Assembly: GCF_009914755.1 (NCBI RefSeq)
Contig: NC_060935.1
Strand: one strand, 5' to 3'
Source of the DNA: the human T2T-CHM13v2.0 reference genome, Homo sapiens
Length of the DNA stretch: 64,000 nt
Positions 26,601 through 41,265 of this stretch are shown one piece after another. Positions within the stretch are counted from its first letter, which is position 1; every line of letters begins with the position of its first letter. The position numbers were made by a program, and so were the translations under genes. The notes beneath the pieces are model-generated. The model saw only the letters and a list, made by a program, of their open reading frames with translations. It ran no database searches and was not told the DNA's origin.

Positions 26601-29184
26601 CTGGGAATGGAGCTGAATCCTAGAAAGGTGACATTATAGGACTTTGGCGTCCGGGTTTGTTTCCCAGCGTCTGACCTCAGAACCTCCTCAGTATAATGGA
26701 GATCGTGCCACAAACAGTGCTTAGCTCCTAAAGCTGCTGGATGCGTTGGAGGAGATTGTGGATTCAAAGGGCTTAGCTAAGTTCCTAGTGGTGAAAAAGT
26801 GCTCAGTAAACATTAGCAATTGTTACCATCATTCCTGTGGTTCAAGGAAAAAGGGGTCACCTGCTGGCTTGCTGGCCACTCTGGAGGCCAAGAGGTGACA
26901 ATGATGAACTCCCAGCTCTCGCCCCATTTGAGGGGCCGGGGAAGTGATTCCCGTGGCCACTCTCCTTTCCCCCAAGAGGCTCCTCCTTGGGGCCTTCCAG
27001 CCCACAGCAGCTGACCCCACAGAGTGTTCATGGAGGATCCCACAGATGATGGCCCTGGGCCCTGGGGAGGAACAAGGCTCTGCTTTGACCTTGGGTGGAA
27101 CTGACCTGAGCCCGAGGCAGGTGCAGCACAGAGAACTTGCTTCTCATCAGAGCCTCGATTTTGGAGGAAGCTTGGGGCAGGGCAAAGAGCATGACCTGAA
27201 AACTGGCTGTGCCTCAACGTCCTCAACTGTAAAAGCAGCTGACAATGGCTGGAGTGGAGAGGGGCTGCAGCTGTCTGGGTGTGGTGTTCCCTCTGTTTTT
27301 CCCTGTGTGGAGGCCAGAACGAGCCCCAGGATGCCAGAGCTACCCAAAGCCCCGGATTCACTCCTTCCTGTGAACGTCCCTGGAATGGGACCCTTCATTG
27401 GACGGGGCTGATTGAGTGGGAGTGGGAGTCAACAGGAGCACTTGAAGGCCTCTCCCACTTTCCCAGAGCGTGAAGCTGCTGTGGACTTCCAGGCTGACCG
27501 CCCCACCTGCCACCCCAAGCCCTCAGAGACTGCCCTGCTCCCCGCCATGGCAGCCTGAACGCCTGGCCTCCCTGACGCACCATTGCCTGGTCCTGCAGCC
27601 CTGCCTCAGGGCTCCCTTGACCCCCACACTGCAGCAGGGCTTCCATGACCCCTCAAAAGCAAGCATCAGCGCACACTGCCTCCTCCCACATCCCCACCCC
27701 ATGCCGGGCACCAGTCAGGTGACGCACTCTGAGGCTCTGAGGGCTCCGGTTAAGCGGTGTAAGTTAGCCTGGGTTCTGTTTTGATTTTGCCCAGCTGCAT
27801 CTGTGTGCATTTAGATTAATCCTGTTAGCTGCTGGGAGTGGGGCTACCTGCTGTTTATCAAGAGTGCTTGTACGATTCCCGCTTGAAATGCAGCCGCCTT
27901 CCCTGGGCAGAGAAGCTCCAGTTTCCTTCATCCCACAGCAGCCTCCAGGAAAGGTAGAGCATCCACAGAAGGGGCTGCCTGGTCACCCACCCTGGCTTTG
28001 CAGGCGATGGCATGGAGTCTGCAAGCCCCTAGACCAATACCACAGTCTGTGTGTCCTCCCCATCCACAGTACCTACCTAGGTCTCCACTTTTATCACAAG
28101 GCCTTTGATCTGCTGCATCTCAGAGTCCAGAAGGTTCCAGGATCATGGGTGTGGCTGCTCTAAGGCCAGTGGGAGGCAGGGGTGCCCTGACCTTTCCCTC
28201 GCTTGAGTCATGTGGGTACCAGGTTTGAATGAAGGAAAGTTACAGTTCTGGCCTCTCGCTGTCAGCGGTGGGACCTCAGGCGTGTCCCTTGACTCAGTTT
28301 TCTCACCTGTAAGGTGAGAGGAATGCCACCAGGCCTACATATGCAGAAGTTTGTCCTAAAGGTGAAAAGAAGTCATTTGTTGACAGCGCTTTTCCAGCCC
28401 TGCTTCGTTATCAGGCACGAGGCAACAAGGATGGCCTGGTGGGCACACGGTTGGAGCAGGGTCCCGTCCTATCCCTGTTCACAACGTGTCATTTAGAAAG
28501 TCACCAATACACACAGCCTCTCTGTTTCTTCATCTGTGGAATGGGACGTAGTAAGTAATGCTGCTTAACTACCCACAGTTGAAGTGACGACGAAGGCCGG
28601 CTGAGATGAATTCTGGCCCCCATCTGAATGCTCACCGTGTGCTTTCGACACAGCTTCCACTTTCACGCCGCGCAACACGGTGAGGGAGAAACCGCCGCCT
28701 TCCTACCATTGATATGGAGACCAAAGCCAGAGAGGTAGCAAACACCCAGGTCCAGACCTGGCTCTGCTGCCTCCAAACCTGTGTTCCTGGGAGACATGGA
28801 GTGCGTCAAGTGCTGTTCATCTCCATGGGATCGTGTGGGTGGTTTGGCAGGTGGGTGGGGCACCTGCCCAGCCATGATCAGAACTCCCTCATCCCAACAC
28901 TACATCCCTCTAGTGTTGTGCCCTCTCCTGCTGGGCTCTGAGTGCCGCCAGAGGACACTAGTGCAGCCTCCTCTCCCCCACCCCACCCAGGGGTACACCC
29001 AAGCAGTGCCTATTCCCCTAGAAGGCATTCCTCCAGGTTCCATCCATCTTCCCACTTGGGAAATTCTTCCTAAGCAAGGTCACCCATCCCCATAGTCTCC
29101 CCTGCACCTGCGTGCTAAGATTCCCCAGACTCTATCTCCACCCACACCTTGCCCACTTCTCTCACAGCCTTTGATGTTTTTTTC

Positions 29185-29295
29185 CAAGATGGGGGTCTTA
29201 GAAAAAAACCTAGGCTGGTCTTGCACTCCTGGGCTAAGTGATCCTCCTGCCTCAGCCTCCTGAGTAGCTGGGACTACAGGTGTGCATCATCACGT
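29185..29295 (-). mobile_element. Alu monomer fragment (FLAM/FRAM-like)
   Basis: ggctggtcttgcactcctgggctaagtgatcctcctgcctcagcctcc. Confidence 0.75.
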
Positions 29296-29324
29296 TTTTT
29301 ATGGGTTTACTTCTCTTTCTCTCT

Positions 29325-30440
29325 TTTTTAACAGCTTTGTTGAGATATAATTTACATACCATACAATTCACGCATTTAAATTACACACTGCAGTGGTTTT
29401 TAGTATATTCACAAATATGTGCAACCATAACCACAGCCGATTTTAGAACATTTTCATTATCTCAAAAAGAAACCCTCTACCATTTAGGTATCACTCCTCC
29501 ACTCCCCTGCCCCACACCCCAGCTCCCGACCTAAGCAAACACCACTCTACTTTCTCTCCCTACAAATTTGTTTATTCTGGACTTTCATATAAATTGAATT
29601 ATGTAATCAGTGGAATGTTTTAAATCTTGTTTCTTTTAATTTTATCATTTATTTGTATTTATTTAGAGATGGGGCCTTGCTATATTGTCCAGGCTGGAGT
29701 ACAGTGGCTACTCACAGGCCACTGGAGCACACTGTGGCCTTGAACTCCTGGGATCAAGTGATCCTCCCACCTCAGCCTCCAGAGTAGCTGGGACCACAGG
29801 CACGTGCCACTGCACCTGGCAACTTATCATCATGTTTTCAAGGTTAATTCATATTGTAGCATGTATCAGCACTTCATTTCTTTCTGTGGCTGAATAATAT
29901 TCCACTGTATGGATAGACCATATTTTGTTTATCCATTCATTAGCTGAATATTCGGATTGTTTCCTCTTTTCATCTATTATCAATAATGCTGCTCTGAGCA
30001 TTTTTGTACAAGTTTTGCATGGATGTATGTTTTCAATTCTCTTGAGTATCAGCCTAGGAATGGAATTGCTGGGTCTTATGGTGACTCTCCGTTTAGCCGT
30101 TTGAGGAACTGCCAGGCTTTGTTCCAGCGTGGCTGCCCCATTTTATACTCCCACACAACTGTATATGAGGGCTCCAGTTTCCCCACAGCCTCGTGCTGGC
30201 TATTGTCTGTCTTTGGTTATCCCCATCTTACTGGGTGTGAAGTGGCATTTCCTCGTGGTTTTGATTTGTATTTCCCTGATGCCTGATGATGTGCAGCATC
30301 TTTTCATTTGCTTTTTGGTCATTCGTATGCCTTCCATGGAGAAATGGATATTCAGATCCTTTGCCCATATTCTAATTGAGTTATTTGTCTTTTTGATTAT
30401 TGAGTTGTAAGTGTTCTTTATATATTCTAGATACAAGTCC
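29325..30440 (-). mobile_element. L1 (L1MA/MB-type) 3' end with ORF2p C-terminal remnant; Alu monomer inserted at ~29640-29820
   Basis: ORF 30200..30436 (NNSIRIWAKDLNIHFS...IREIQIKTTRKCHFTP) matches the L1 ORF2p C-terminus; reverse L1 3'UTR at 29325-29620. Confidence 0.88.
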
Positions 30441-32031
30441 CACAGCTCAGATTTGAATACCTAACTGAGCCCAGCCTTATGGTTCAGAGGGAAGATAATG
30501 ACTCGGAATTAGACTGAATTGGATTCAGATTCCCACTCAGACATTTAGTAATGGAGAATGTGCTATTTAACTCACTTGCAGGATAGAGATAATTACACCT
30601 GTGAAATAGTACTTTCAAGGCTCTTTGTGTTTACCTGTGCAAGTCATGGAGCTTGGAGTTGTTCAACCTTCCCACTGAGATAGGTAAAGAACTGTTATTA
30701 CTCTTGTTTACAAGTGAGGCAACTGAGGCACAAGGAATTCGCTGTGGATCATGGAATCGTAAGTGGCAGAACTGGAACTTGAACCCACATCTCTGGAACT
30801 CTAGTGCCAAGAGCCAAGGTAGGCAATGAATGTGTGTTAAATAAATGAACGAATGCCTTCACTGATGGGGACCTCACTATCTCAAAAAGCAGTCTGCTCT
30901 GCTGTTGGATTCTTCTATTTACTACAAAAATCTCACTGTTGTTGAGCAAAACCCACCCATCTCCCATCATAACTCCTTCCCATTGGCCCTGGTTCTGCCC
31001 TCTAGAGAATCCCCGATGCCTAGGGGCCAGGGTCAATGCCACTGACTCCAACTCCAGTATACAGAAGTCCTCCCCCATCCCCCACTCATACACACAGGCA
31101 GAGCCCCAGCCCTGGCCCATCTGACCCCCAGATGAGGCTGGGAGCACCCACCTCCTGCAGGTCTATTCAGGCTCTCCCACTGGATGCAGAGAGACCCAGA
31201 TCCCCTCTCCAGGGACCAGGGACTGAGGCTTCCCACTGGGAGATGAGGCCCTTGTCCACAGTGAGTGGGACCCATGGATACTGGCTTTGTGATCTCATCA
31301 GTGTCAGGTCACATTATGGCAGGAACAGGACCTAGGTGAGAGCTAAAGGAGCCTGTGGCTGGCTGAAGGGAGAAGGGATGCACAGGGGACTCGCTTGTTC
31401 CAGCCATCTGAGCAATCTCACGCTTGGTTAGCTCTGCAAGTGACACTACTTCAGAGCTGGCCCGTCGTGGCCCCATAGCTAACCTAACCACGGTATCTGA
31501 GACTCCAATTCCAGGCTGTGAGGCCTGGATAGACTTGGAGAGCACTGGGGAGGAGGAGCACATCACCGTATGAGCCTCTGCCACTCCCACTGAGGCAAGA
31601 GTGAGCACTGAGTCCCGGCCAACCCCTGCAGACAGCTAGAGCTTCACCTCTGTCTCCAGGAAGCATCATCTCTGGGCCCCGGTATGATGGCCTGCACTTG
31701 AGAATTCAGGCTGGACAGGACAGGCTAGGATTGCCCTCTCCAGCCTCCAGGATTGAGACCTTAGCATTCCAGAGCCAAGACCCCCAGCTGTGTTTTGGAG
31801 GCAGAGGAAATTCAATCTGACACATGGAGGACTGAGGGCCATCAGTTCAAGCAGTGCCTGCAATCAGTGTTACATTGAAGAGACTTGAGAGCCCGGTTTA
31901 CTGTCAGGATGACCTGAGCTTAAATCCTGTCTCTGCAAGTTACTTCACTGCCCTGGCCTCAACTAGTATGTCTGTAAAATGAAGACACTGACGCTGACCT
32001 TGCTCATCAGGTTGTTATAAGAATTAAATGA

Positions 32032-32340
<309 letters not shown>

Positions 32341-32359
32341 TCAAGCCTATCCCAAAAGG

Positions 32360-32675
32360 TTAAATGATTCTGTGACATTCTTAAAATGACAAAATTATAG
32401 AAACAGAGATTCATGGTTGCCAGGGGTCAGAAAAGAAGAGAAAAGGGGAAAGTGCCTATGAAGAGACAACAGGAGAGATCCTTGTGGTGACGGAACAGTC
32501 TGCATCTTGACTGTGTCAGCGTCTATTTCCTGGTCATGATCTTGTACTATAGTTTTGCAAGATGTTAATATTGGGGGAAACTGGGCAAAGGGCACACTGG
32601 ATCTCTATTATTTCTTACAACTGCATGTGAATCTACAGTGATCTCAAAATAAGAAGTTTCATTTTTAAAAAAACA
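32360..32675 (+). mobile_element. Old L1 (L1MC/MD/ME-type) 3' end
   Basis: atggttgccaggggtcag...ggggaaactggg...actgcatgtgaatctaca...ctcaaaataa. Confidence 0.75.
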
Positions 32676-35600
32676 GAGTTATTTAAATAATGTTGGGTGA
32701 AAGGAAGCATCTGTAACATTAGCTGTTCTTGCTCCCCATCCCTGGGTTGCTCTGTGAGCTGATGTGGCCTGGGAACCTGCATCCTGTGAAACCCTCACGA
32801 CACTGGGGAAGGGGCTGGAGAGAAGAGCCTGACCGTATGTTTAGCAGCTTTTATTTCTGTGCCTGCCTTGAGTGCTTAATAAATGCAGGAGGGAGGTAGG
32901 GAGTGAATGAGTAAGTGAATGAATGAATGAATATTACAGCAAGTGAACTCTCAATCTCTCAGGAAATGAAATGGCCTTAAAGCAAGAGGCACTTGGGATG
33001 GATGCAGGAACCATCTTGCAGCCCTAGATTGGCCAGCCCACCCAGCCCCTGCTTTGCCTCGTCTGCCCCAGCTGCATTCCTTGTCGGGGGCAGGCTGCGT
33101 GCCTTCGAGGACAGCAGAGTGACGCACTTTAATTAGTGCAAGAGACGAAGAGTCCCAACTTCTCCCGACGGCGCGGGGAAAATAGAAGCCTAGCATTTTC
33201 AATTTAAGGTTTAGTTAGATAATGCCTATTGGTGCCAGTAGATTACAGAGTGGATATTAAATCCTGCAGGATTTGGAATCGGAGCATACAAGACGAATCC
33301 ATAAGTAGGGGAAGCAGCCGGAAGGGGCTGGCCCACTGTCCTCAGCTAGCAAGAGCACCTCTCTGGGAAGCAGCAGCCTGCACAGAACTAGGGTGCCCAC
33401 AGCGGCTTCAGAGGGATAGCTGAGGGCTGAAATTCTAGGGGCTGGAACTACTTTCCTGCCTGGCTCCCTGAACCAAGGTTTCCTATGTTATGAATGGGAA
33501 GACTAACACCCAAAGGCACCACAGGTTTTGGCAGTCAGAATAGAAACCCACACTTCAATCTCATCCAAACCTTCCCTCCCTTCTCCACCCAGTCAACTCT
33601 TATGCTACCTTCGAAACAGCTCAAGAATCTCTTCCTCCAGGAAGCCCTTTCTAACTACCCACTTGGATTCCTCTGTGAGCCCAGAGGACTCCAGGCTTCC
33701 TCTGGCATTGAACTCACCAATGATGATTATAATCACGGACATACCTCTCTTCCTCTCCCCTCACTCTTTTGAAAGGTGTGAGCATGGCCTGCTCTCTCAC
33801 ACCCTTGCTCCCAGGCACAGAGGGGCACCCACTAAACATGTGCTGCACAGATGGGGTTTCCATCGTGTTTGTATTTATTTTCCAACAGTTGATGCATTTT
33901 GAACATGTGATACATTCACAGCCTTCAAGACTCAAGAGGTACAAAGGGGTCCACGGGGAAAGTCTCCCTCCCGCCCTACCTTGCAGCTCTCCAGCTCCTC
34001 CCTAGGAGTAGCCAGTTCCTTGTACACCCATCCAGGAGGCTTTATCCTCATGCAAGCAAATGTGGATGTGCGTTTCTTCCTTTCTCAAGAAAATAGCGGC
34101 TACGTCACACATTATTCCCACGTCACTATCTTCACTCCACAACCTGTCTTAAAGACTTCTTTTTCACTACATGGAGGAGGACTTTGTGTTCCCAGGCGTC
34201 CTGGAGCCAGACCCTGCTACTTCAGGAGCGGGAGGCTGTGGGGCAGGGGGCTGGAAGGATGGGCTCCCAAGTCCTGCTTTTCCATCAGGGTGTGCAGTGT
34301 TGACTGGCATCTTAAGATGCCTCTGTGGCATACCTGGACCAGCAGGCTAGGAGCGGCCAAAATAAGCAGCCTCGGAAGTGTGGACACAGGGCCTGGGAGC
34401 CTTGGCCCGAGCCCACAGGACAACTGTAAGCCCCATCAGACTTCCTGGGGGGCAGGATAACGTTTCTGGCAGGCTCAGCTCGAAGGCTCGGGCTCAGTGG
34501 AGGAAGCTAGAGAAGCTTATTAGTTTAAGCAGGATAAAATGTGTAAATTAATTACCCCGGCCACCCATGCATGTAGCGGCTGGTCTGCCACTGGGAGGAG
34601 AAGAATTAGCCTCCACTCCTCCTGCAGTCTGGCTTTCCTGCCAGATGCAGCCCAGAGGACCCATGGCTGCATGGCCACCAGGGAAGGAGGGACCCAGACA
34701 CCAGAGCCAGGTGGCCTCGAGGAGCTAAGCAGGCCCTCCCTGAAATGCCAGGGATTAGATTCTGCCATCACCACCAGCAACAAAAGCAGCAGTCAGGGAA
34801 GAAGTGCCTGAGGCAGGGAAAGGACCCTGTGTCCTGCTCTCCACCATGCATCAGGCACCTATTTATCAAGTGATGATGCACCAGGCACTGTGAAACACTT
34901 ACTTGCCTCCTTTCATTTGATCCTCTTACAAACCCATACGGTCACTACGATTAGCCCTATTTGGCAGATGAGAAAACTGAGGGTAAGGAAGCGTAAGTAG
35001 CTTCTTCTATTGACCCAGCCAAGTCAGGTCAGGTACAGAGTGGCACATTGCCTCTCTCAGAGAGGCACAGACAGAGGATGATCTCTGGGACTGTATCATC
35101 CCCCAAGAGTGTTCCCTGCTTCCACACCCACCTCATGGCAGTTCCGCCCCCCTCAGCCCATGGCAGCTGTGCTGCAGTCTCCCTCTCTGGCATTAGTGCT
35201 CCTGCAACAGGGACCTACTCTCCAACTCCCCTCCTCCACTCACTGGCCCTTAGCTCTCAACTGTTTCCTAAACCCTGCATCCTCTGCACATCCTGCTTGT
35301 GTCTTTGCTTGCTCCTGCACCTGCAATGCCACCAGCGTCTCCACCTGCCACAGTCGGTCCCATCAATGATGTTTCAAGCCACCAGTATAGCGCACCTGGG
35401 CCTCCACTCTTGCTTCACCTCGGTTCATTCCTGAGTCCTCTTCTTAGAGCACTGATCTGATTACTCACCCTCCCATGGAGGTGGTCACTGTGTTTACGGT
35501 AAAGCTCAGCCCCTATGTAGCCCGGCATGATCCTGCCCTGCCTTTCTCACACATGCAGAACTCACTCAGGTCCCCCCAGATCTTCTCAACTCACTCTCAG

Positions 35601-38600
35601 CACAGCTGTCCCCTCCTCAGGGGACATGCCTCCTCATCACCGTTTTGGGCCCTGCACGCTCTGATCACCTTCTGGATCAGCTCACAGGCCCAGTCTTGTG
35701 AATTCATGCAGAGAGGCAGCTTGTGTCTCCTATATCTTGTGCTTAGATCTTGGTCCAACACAAAAATCTGAATGAATGCAGGCCTCCCCCGAGCCACGCC
35801 TCCATTCCTGCTCCTCATCAGGTATCTGTGCACCTCTCTCCCCCCCTAGGCCTGTGCAATGCCCCCAGTCTTGGGCTCAGGTCACCTAGTGCAGTCCCCA
35901 CTCCAGGCAGGTCCACACCTGAACCATCAAAGACCCACACCTCACCCTCAAAGAATATGCCGCCTCCTTCTCAGACAAGCTCTCAGGGCTCCACCTTCCA
36001 CAGCCAGATCTGAATCCTGCAAGTTACCAATCCGTAACAGGGTTTGCAGCCCCTCAATTCAGCCAGTTCAGGATCTTAACATGATAATGGGACCAACCTC
36101 AGAAAAATGCAGAATTTGCTAACCAGAGCCAACCTCAAGGCCAACGAGGAAACACGTTATATGTCCACTTGGGATGAATGTATTGATAACGATAAGCCCG
36201 GCCAAAGACCTCTCCTCCCTCCCTCACCTGGCTCCCTGTCCTTCCTGGGGAGCTTCAGGGATCCCAGGCACCATCCTCATCCGCTGGGTTGAGGTCACCC
36301 ATCCACTGCCACATCTTGCAAGAGAGTCTGTTGGTTCCCAAGTTTCCTCACCCCCTCCCCACTCCTTTGCCTCTTCTTAGCCTCTGCCTTGGCAAGGTGA
36401 TGAATTAGGAGCCAGGAGTTGGCACATTCACCAAGCAATTAGTGTTTATCTTCCTTGTTTCTGTGGCTGAACAACAGATCATTTTCAACCTTAATAGTCA
36501 ATACTCAGAAAGATAAAACTGTCTGGGTCACTCTTGGGAGGTGATTTGAGGGTTTGGTGGGAAAGGGAGGTGGGATATGAGATGGCCCTGCCTCAGCCAT
36601 CCAGCCCCCGCCCCTCTGGACAGGCATTCCTGGGGTCCCACCTGTTACCCTTCTGACCTCTCTCCATGGTCCATCAGGAGGCAGGGACAAAGGTCCCCAT
36701 GTCGTAGCCGGGACACGGAAGGGGGACAAGAGTCAAGCAGCTTGGCAGTTCGCAGCCCCTCAGTGTCCCCTCCCCCTTGGACTTTGAGGACTCTGGCTTT
36801 CTGTCTCACTCTTCACCAAGAGCTGCCTTGGGTAGAGCCCTGTCCGACTCATGCAAGCCCTCTTTGGGGGCTGCAAAACTGAGCCTGCTGTGCCCACCCA
36901 GCCCCCTCCTCAGGCCAGCTACCTGCAGAGGGAACCCAAAGGTGGCACCCACATAAGGGAAGCCTGCCCCTTCTGCAGAATTCCATGCCAGGTTAGGCAA
37001 GGTCTGGTGGGGTGAGCAGTAAGCCCCTATCTGCTGCTCAGACCAGGGGACTGCTGTCCTGGGGTCATATATTCTACAGGCTAGGACAGAAGGGCCTACT
37101 CAGCTAATACAGAAGTGGGGGAAGGAGGAGAGAGAGAGAGGCTCACCTTGTAGAAGGGCCCTGGGACCCAGTCCTGACGGCCCGGGCTGGGGCAGGAGTT
37201 TGGCGCCCACTCACTGCAGTGAAATGCTGTCACCTGCTGGCCGTGCCTCAGAACTGCAGGAGCCCTGGTGCGGGTCCTAGGGCTGGGCCCAGCAGCTTCC
37301 ACCCTGTGACTCTCCACCAAGTGCAGAAGGCCAAAAAGAGGGGAAATCAAGCTTCATCCCAGGTTGAAATGTCGTCATTGTCTTTGTTGTTAATTCCACA
37401 ATAATAATAGTATAATCTCTCAACTGTTGGGCCCTTGCTAAACCAGGTTCTTTGCAGTTTTTTGTTGCTCACAGCAGTCCTTTAAGATGTTATCCCCACT
37501 GAAGCTCAGACAGAGTGGGCAGCTTGGCCCTGGTCTTACAGCTGATGGGCAGTGCAGCCAGGATTCTGGCCCTGACAGTGTGGCTCCAGCTCCACACAGT
37601 GCCCTCAGAAGCCTATGCCTCAGCTCTCCACACAATGAAATGTACCAGGCACCCATTATTGGATGCCTTCCAGCTCCCCTTTTGATTTTTTCACCTTCCT
37701 CTCCCACTTCCTCTTCCCAGTTAACTGCTTCTTAGCCTCCAAGGCCCGCCCACGTGCCAGGCACTGTTCTAGGACAACATGATGGAATAACCCCTGCTAT
37801 CACGGAGTCCACATTCCAGCAGGTCCTGAGGCCCAGAGCAGAGCTCAGAAGCTCCTGCGTCTCCAGCCTTCCCCCGTCCTGGACAGAGAAGGCTTCTCAG
37901 ATGGGGACCCATGCCCCTGACAGGGTCTAAAGGAAAGGAGAGGCACGGGGCTGGGTACAGGGAGCCTTGGAGATTTGGGAGTCCAACCTGCCTGCCTATC
38001 AGCCCAGGTCTGATGGTGGATTCCCAACCTGACACCAAGCTCAATGTTCCTGTCCCTTCCAACCCTCCTTTTGCTGTGGTCTCCACCTCACAGGCTGTTG
38101 GAGCTGGGAAAGAACCCCAGAAATGATCCAATGAATACACCTCATTTTGTAGATGGAGAAGGTCAGACCCAGAAAGGGCAAGCAATTAGCCCAGATCACA
38201 CAGCCAAGCAACAGAGCCTGGATGAGACTCAGGGCTCCCAACTACCCTGCCAGAGCTCCCTGCTGAGCCCCTCTGCTGCCTCCCTCCTCGCTGGTCTGCC
38301 AGGGGGCTACCCACACCTCTGAGAATCACCCAACGCCCAGAGCTGGGAGAGGGCAGGAGACAAGGGAGCATGGGCCAGGACTGTCTGGGTCTGAGAGGAA
38401 CAGAAGTGGATATAGAGCCTTGCCCCCCTCCTTCCTCCCTAATAGGAGGATTAAACCTCCTATTCTCACTCATGCTGGGGACAGAGGCATTCTCAAGAAC
38501 TGGGAAGAAAGGATTTCCCTGATTGCTTTATAATCACAGCTCAGACGATAATGGACCTGGTGGGGATTGATGGGGAGAGTGTGATGCTCAGCGACGTCCC

Positions 38601-40137
38601 CGCCCAGTTCCCAGCACAGCCCTGGGCCTCCTGACACAGCGGTCTTCCCAACATCCCACCAGCCAGCCTCTGTGCAGCAGGTGCAGCCCCTGGTGCAGCC
38701 CAGGCATGGGACAGGCAAGGGCCTGGCTGCCCCCACAGGGGAATTTAGCCAGACCTGGTGTCCCATCCAGTTCCCCTTCTCTGGAGCTGGTAGGCTTAGG
38801 GCAGGGCCTGGAGAACTGGGAGCCTCTCGTGGCCAGGGTCTTTCTGAGAGTCCGGGCATCTCTGGAGCCCAGGAATGGGTCCTTATCACCATCACAACCC
38901 CAGGGTCCTCAAGAAGGGCCAGGAGGCTGCAGGGCACGGTGCCCACAGAGGTGGACCTGCTGGGGCACCACGTAGGGAACCAGCACCCAGGGCAGGGGGC
39001 TGTAGGGAGCAGCAACTAACCCCAGGGACACTCTGCAGTCCCAGCTCCCAAGGGAGAACACCACCCAGGTGGCCAAAGCATGTGGGTCCAACTTGTGGTC
39101 TCTCTTCTTGACAGTGCTGGAAGGTCCTCCATGGACACACTTGGCCCCTTCTCCTTCCTTTCCTTTCTCACCCTTACCCTCCTGTCTCCCCCTTCTCTCT
39201 CTTCTCTGCCATTTCTCCCTCACTTTCTCAATCCCAAGAGCCCCTTCGTGGCAAGCCTGGCTGCTTGGCTCCTAAAGCTCCCTGGCCCAGCAGCGTGGAG
39301 AGGAGGAAGGAAGAGTGTTGTCCCTCCACGATGGACCAGCAGCCAGCTTGCTTAGGGACTTTTACTAGGACAGAGGGACTGCTCCCCTGATGTCATCAGG
39401 CCCCTGGTGGGGAGCAGAGTGAGGAAGAACAGTGAGAACAGAGGGGCCCGGGTGTCCCTGCCACACCAGGAAAAAGAATGTGGTTGTTTGACACCCTCTT
39501 CCCTCTCTACCATCATGCCTCCTCCTGGCTTGCTCACCTCTTCCAGGAAGACTTCCCTGACTCTCCTTCCAGGCTTCTCTGAGTTTCCAGGGACTGGAAG
39601 GCCTTTTCCCTTTCCTCCGTCCCCCAAGCCCAGGATGATGCTGTCTTCAGGAGCCTGACCCTCCTGCCAGCCTCAAAGGGGAGCTCTCCTTCCCAGAAGG
39701 CCCTCTGTGCACTGAGAAGGCCCTCAGGTCTGAAGCCTCCAGTGGACTTCCACTCCAGCCTGCGTCTGAGCACCAGAGTGCTTGGCTCCCAGCCACTTCT
39801 GGGCCCTTCTCCCCCTGGGAACTCTAGGGTGGGCCGGCCAGAAGGTCTGAGCATGGCAGAAGGTATTGAGCATATCCCCAGGCCCACACCCCACTGTCAT
39901 TCTCCCTGTGTTCATTGTTAGCCAAGGCCTGCCTCCCTGAGGCCCAGGTTCCTGCACTGCACCCCCTGTGTCCCAGACAGGGTGAGGGAGGTCAAGGGAG
40001 TTTCAAAGGAGCCACGTTTCTGAGAGGAGAGCAGGAAGATGACCGTGCCTTCATCAGAGGGAAAAAGTGCATTCAGAAGAACTGCAGCCTGTTCCTCTGG
40101 GGACCCTCAGGGAAATGGTCATTCAATACAAGAGAAG

Positions 40138-41265
40138 TGACAGACCAATGGTTTATTCCAAAGGGGAAAGCCCAAGCTGGATGTCTCCCTCCCCAACCCC
40201 TGCAAGCTGGCCCATCCTTCCAGAGCCCCCATAGGCCTGGGGCTGTTGAGACGGGAGATGTCCCCACTGTGCTGCTCCTGGTTTTGTCTCCTCTCCAATC
40301 CTTGAGCACCCTGATATGCAACATGGGGGGTAATCAGAAGGAGGAGGCAGCCTCTGATGGGGCAACGGCTGAGGGTGGGGGCAGTGTGTAAGGCACCTTT
40401 TGCGGTCAGCCCAGCCACACTCCATCGCCAGAGAGAATGCCAAAGTGTAGACTGAATGAAATTCTGTAGGCAAATGGTAAATGGTAGCTGGGCCAGTAGC
40501 TATTTGCATGGGTGGATTATATCATGTTAAGGGAATTCTTTATCTCAGCAGAGGGAACAGAGGAATATCTTGGCTAAGGTCATCCTGCCAGTCAGGAGAA
40601 GCCACCCTCCAGGGACCACAGACTCAAAGTGGCTGTGGTGGAGACCCACCGCCTGGGTAGGGTGATGTCAAGACACTGAGAGGTTTCCATCTGCAGTGGC
40701 CAAGGGCTGCAGGTTCTGCCATGCTGGGCATTGATAGGTAGGACGAGAGAGAGCACGTAGGGCCAGTCCTCTGGGAAGCAGGAGGTGGGCCATGTGAATG
40801 GGAGATGGGTGGCTGTGCTGTCCAGGCATCTGCTGACAACATTGGGGGATAGGGCCTTGGAGAGAAACGTCTATAGGCCTGGAGACAGCAGGGCGTGGGC
40901 GGGAGAGGCAGGCTGATACCATGCGGGTACTCACTGCTAGCCCCCAGATCCAGCCCGAGAGGAGGAGGCTGGCGGGTTAGGGCAGGCCCCAACCTATCTC
41001 ACCCCTGTGATGGGTTGGCCTCTGAGCACAGGAATGATGGTGACCATCTGAGGTCACAAGGCAGGAAAGGAGTCTGAATGGAGTGTGGCCAGTGGGGAAG
41101 TCGGAGAGGCCGGAACTGCCCCCAAGAGGCTGGCAGAGGGCTGCAGAGGGCAGGTGCAGGACCAGGCTCCCTCCCACCCAGACAAGCACAGTAGCTTAGA
41201 AGGCAAGAGCAGCAGGGTCAGGAGGAAGAGCAGGGGTGTGGCGCCTCGTTCCTTCCGCCAGGAGC
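40138..41265 (-). other. TRIM29: TRIM29 3'UTR (~1.1 kb; 3' end approximate)
   Basis: Runs from the stop codon to about 15-20 nt past the minus-strand AATAAA at 40152-57. Confidence 0.85.
40152..40157 (-). terminator. TRIM29: Polyadenylation signal AATAAA of TRIM29
   Basis: tttatt on + strand; followed on minus strand by a CA dinucleotide and a U/GU-rich stretch (cttctcttgtattg). Confidence 0.85.

Noticed and set aside
26585-26616. 16-bp tandem duplication ctgggaatggagctga x2
   Set aside because: Ordinary slippage duplication with no further structure
30200-30436. ORF with real protein homology
   Set aside because: Decayed L1 ORF2p C-terminus, not a host gene
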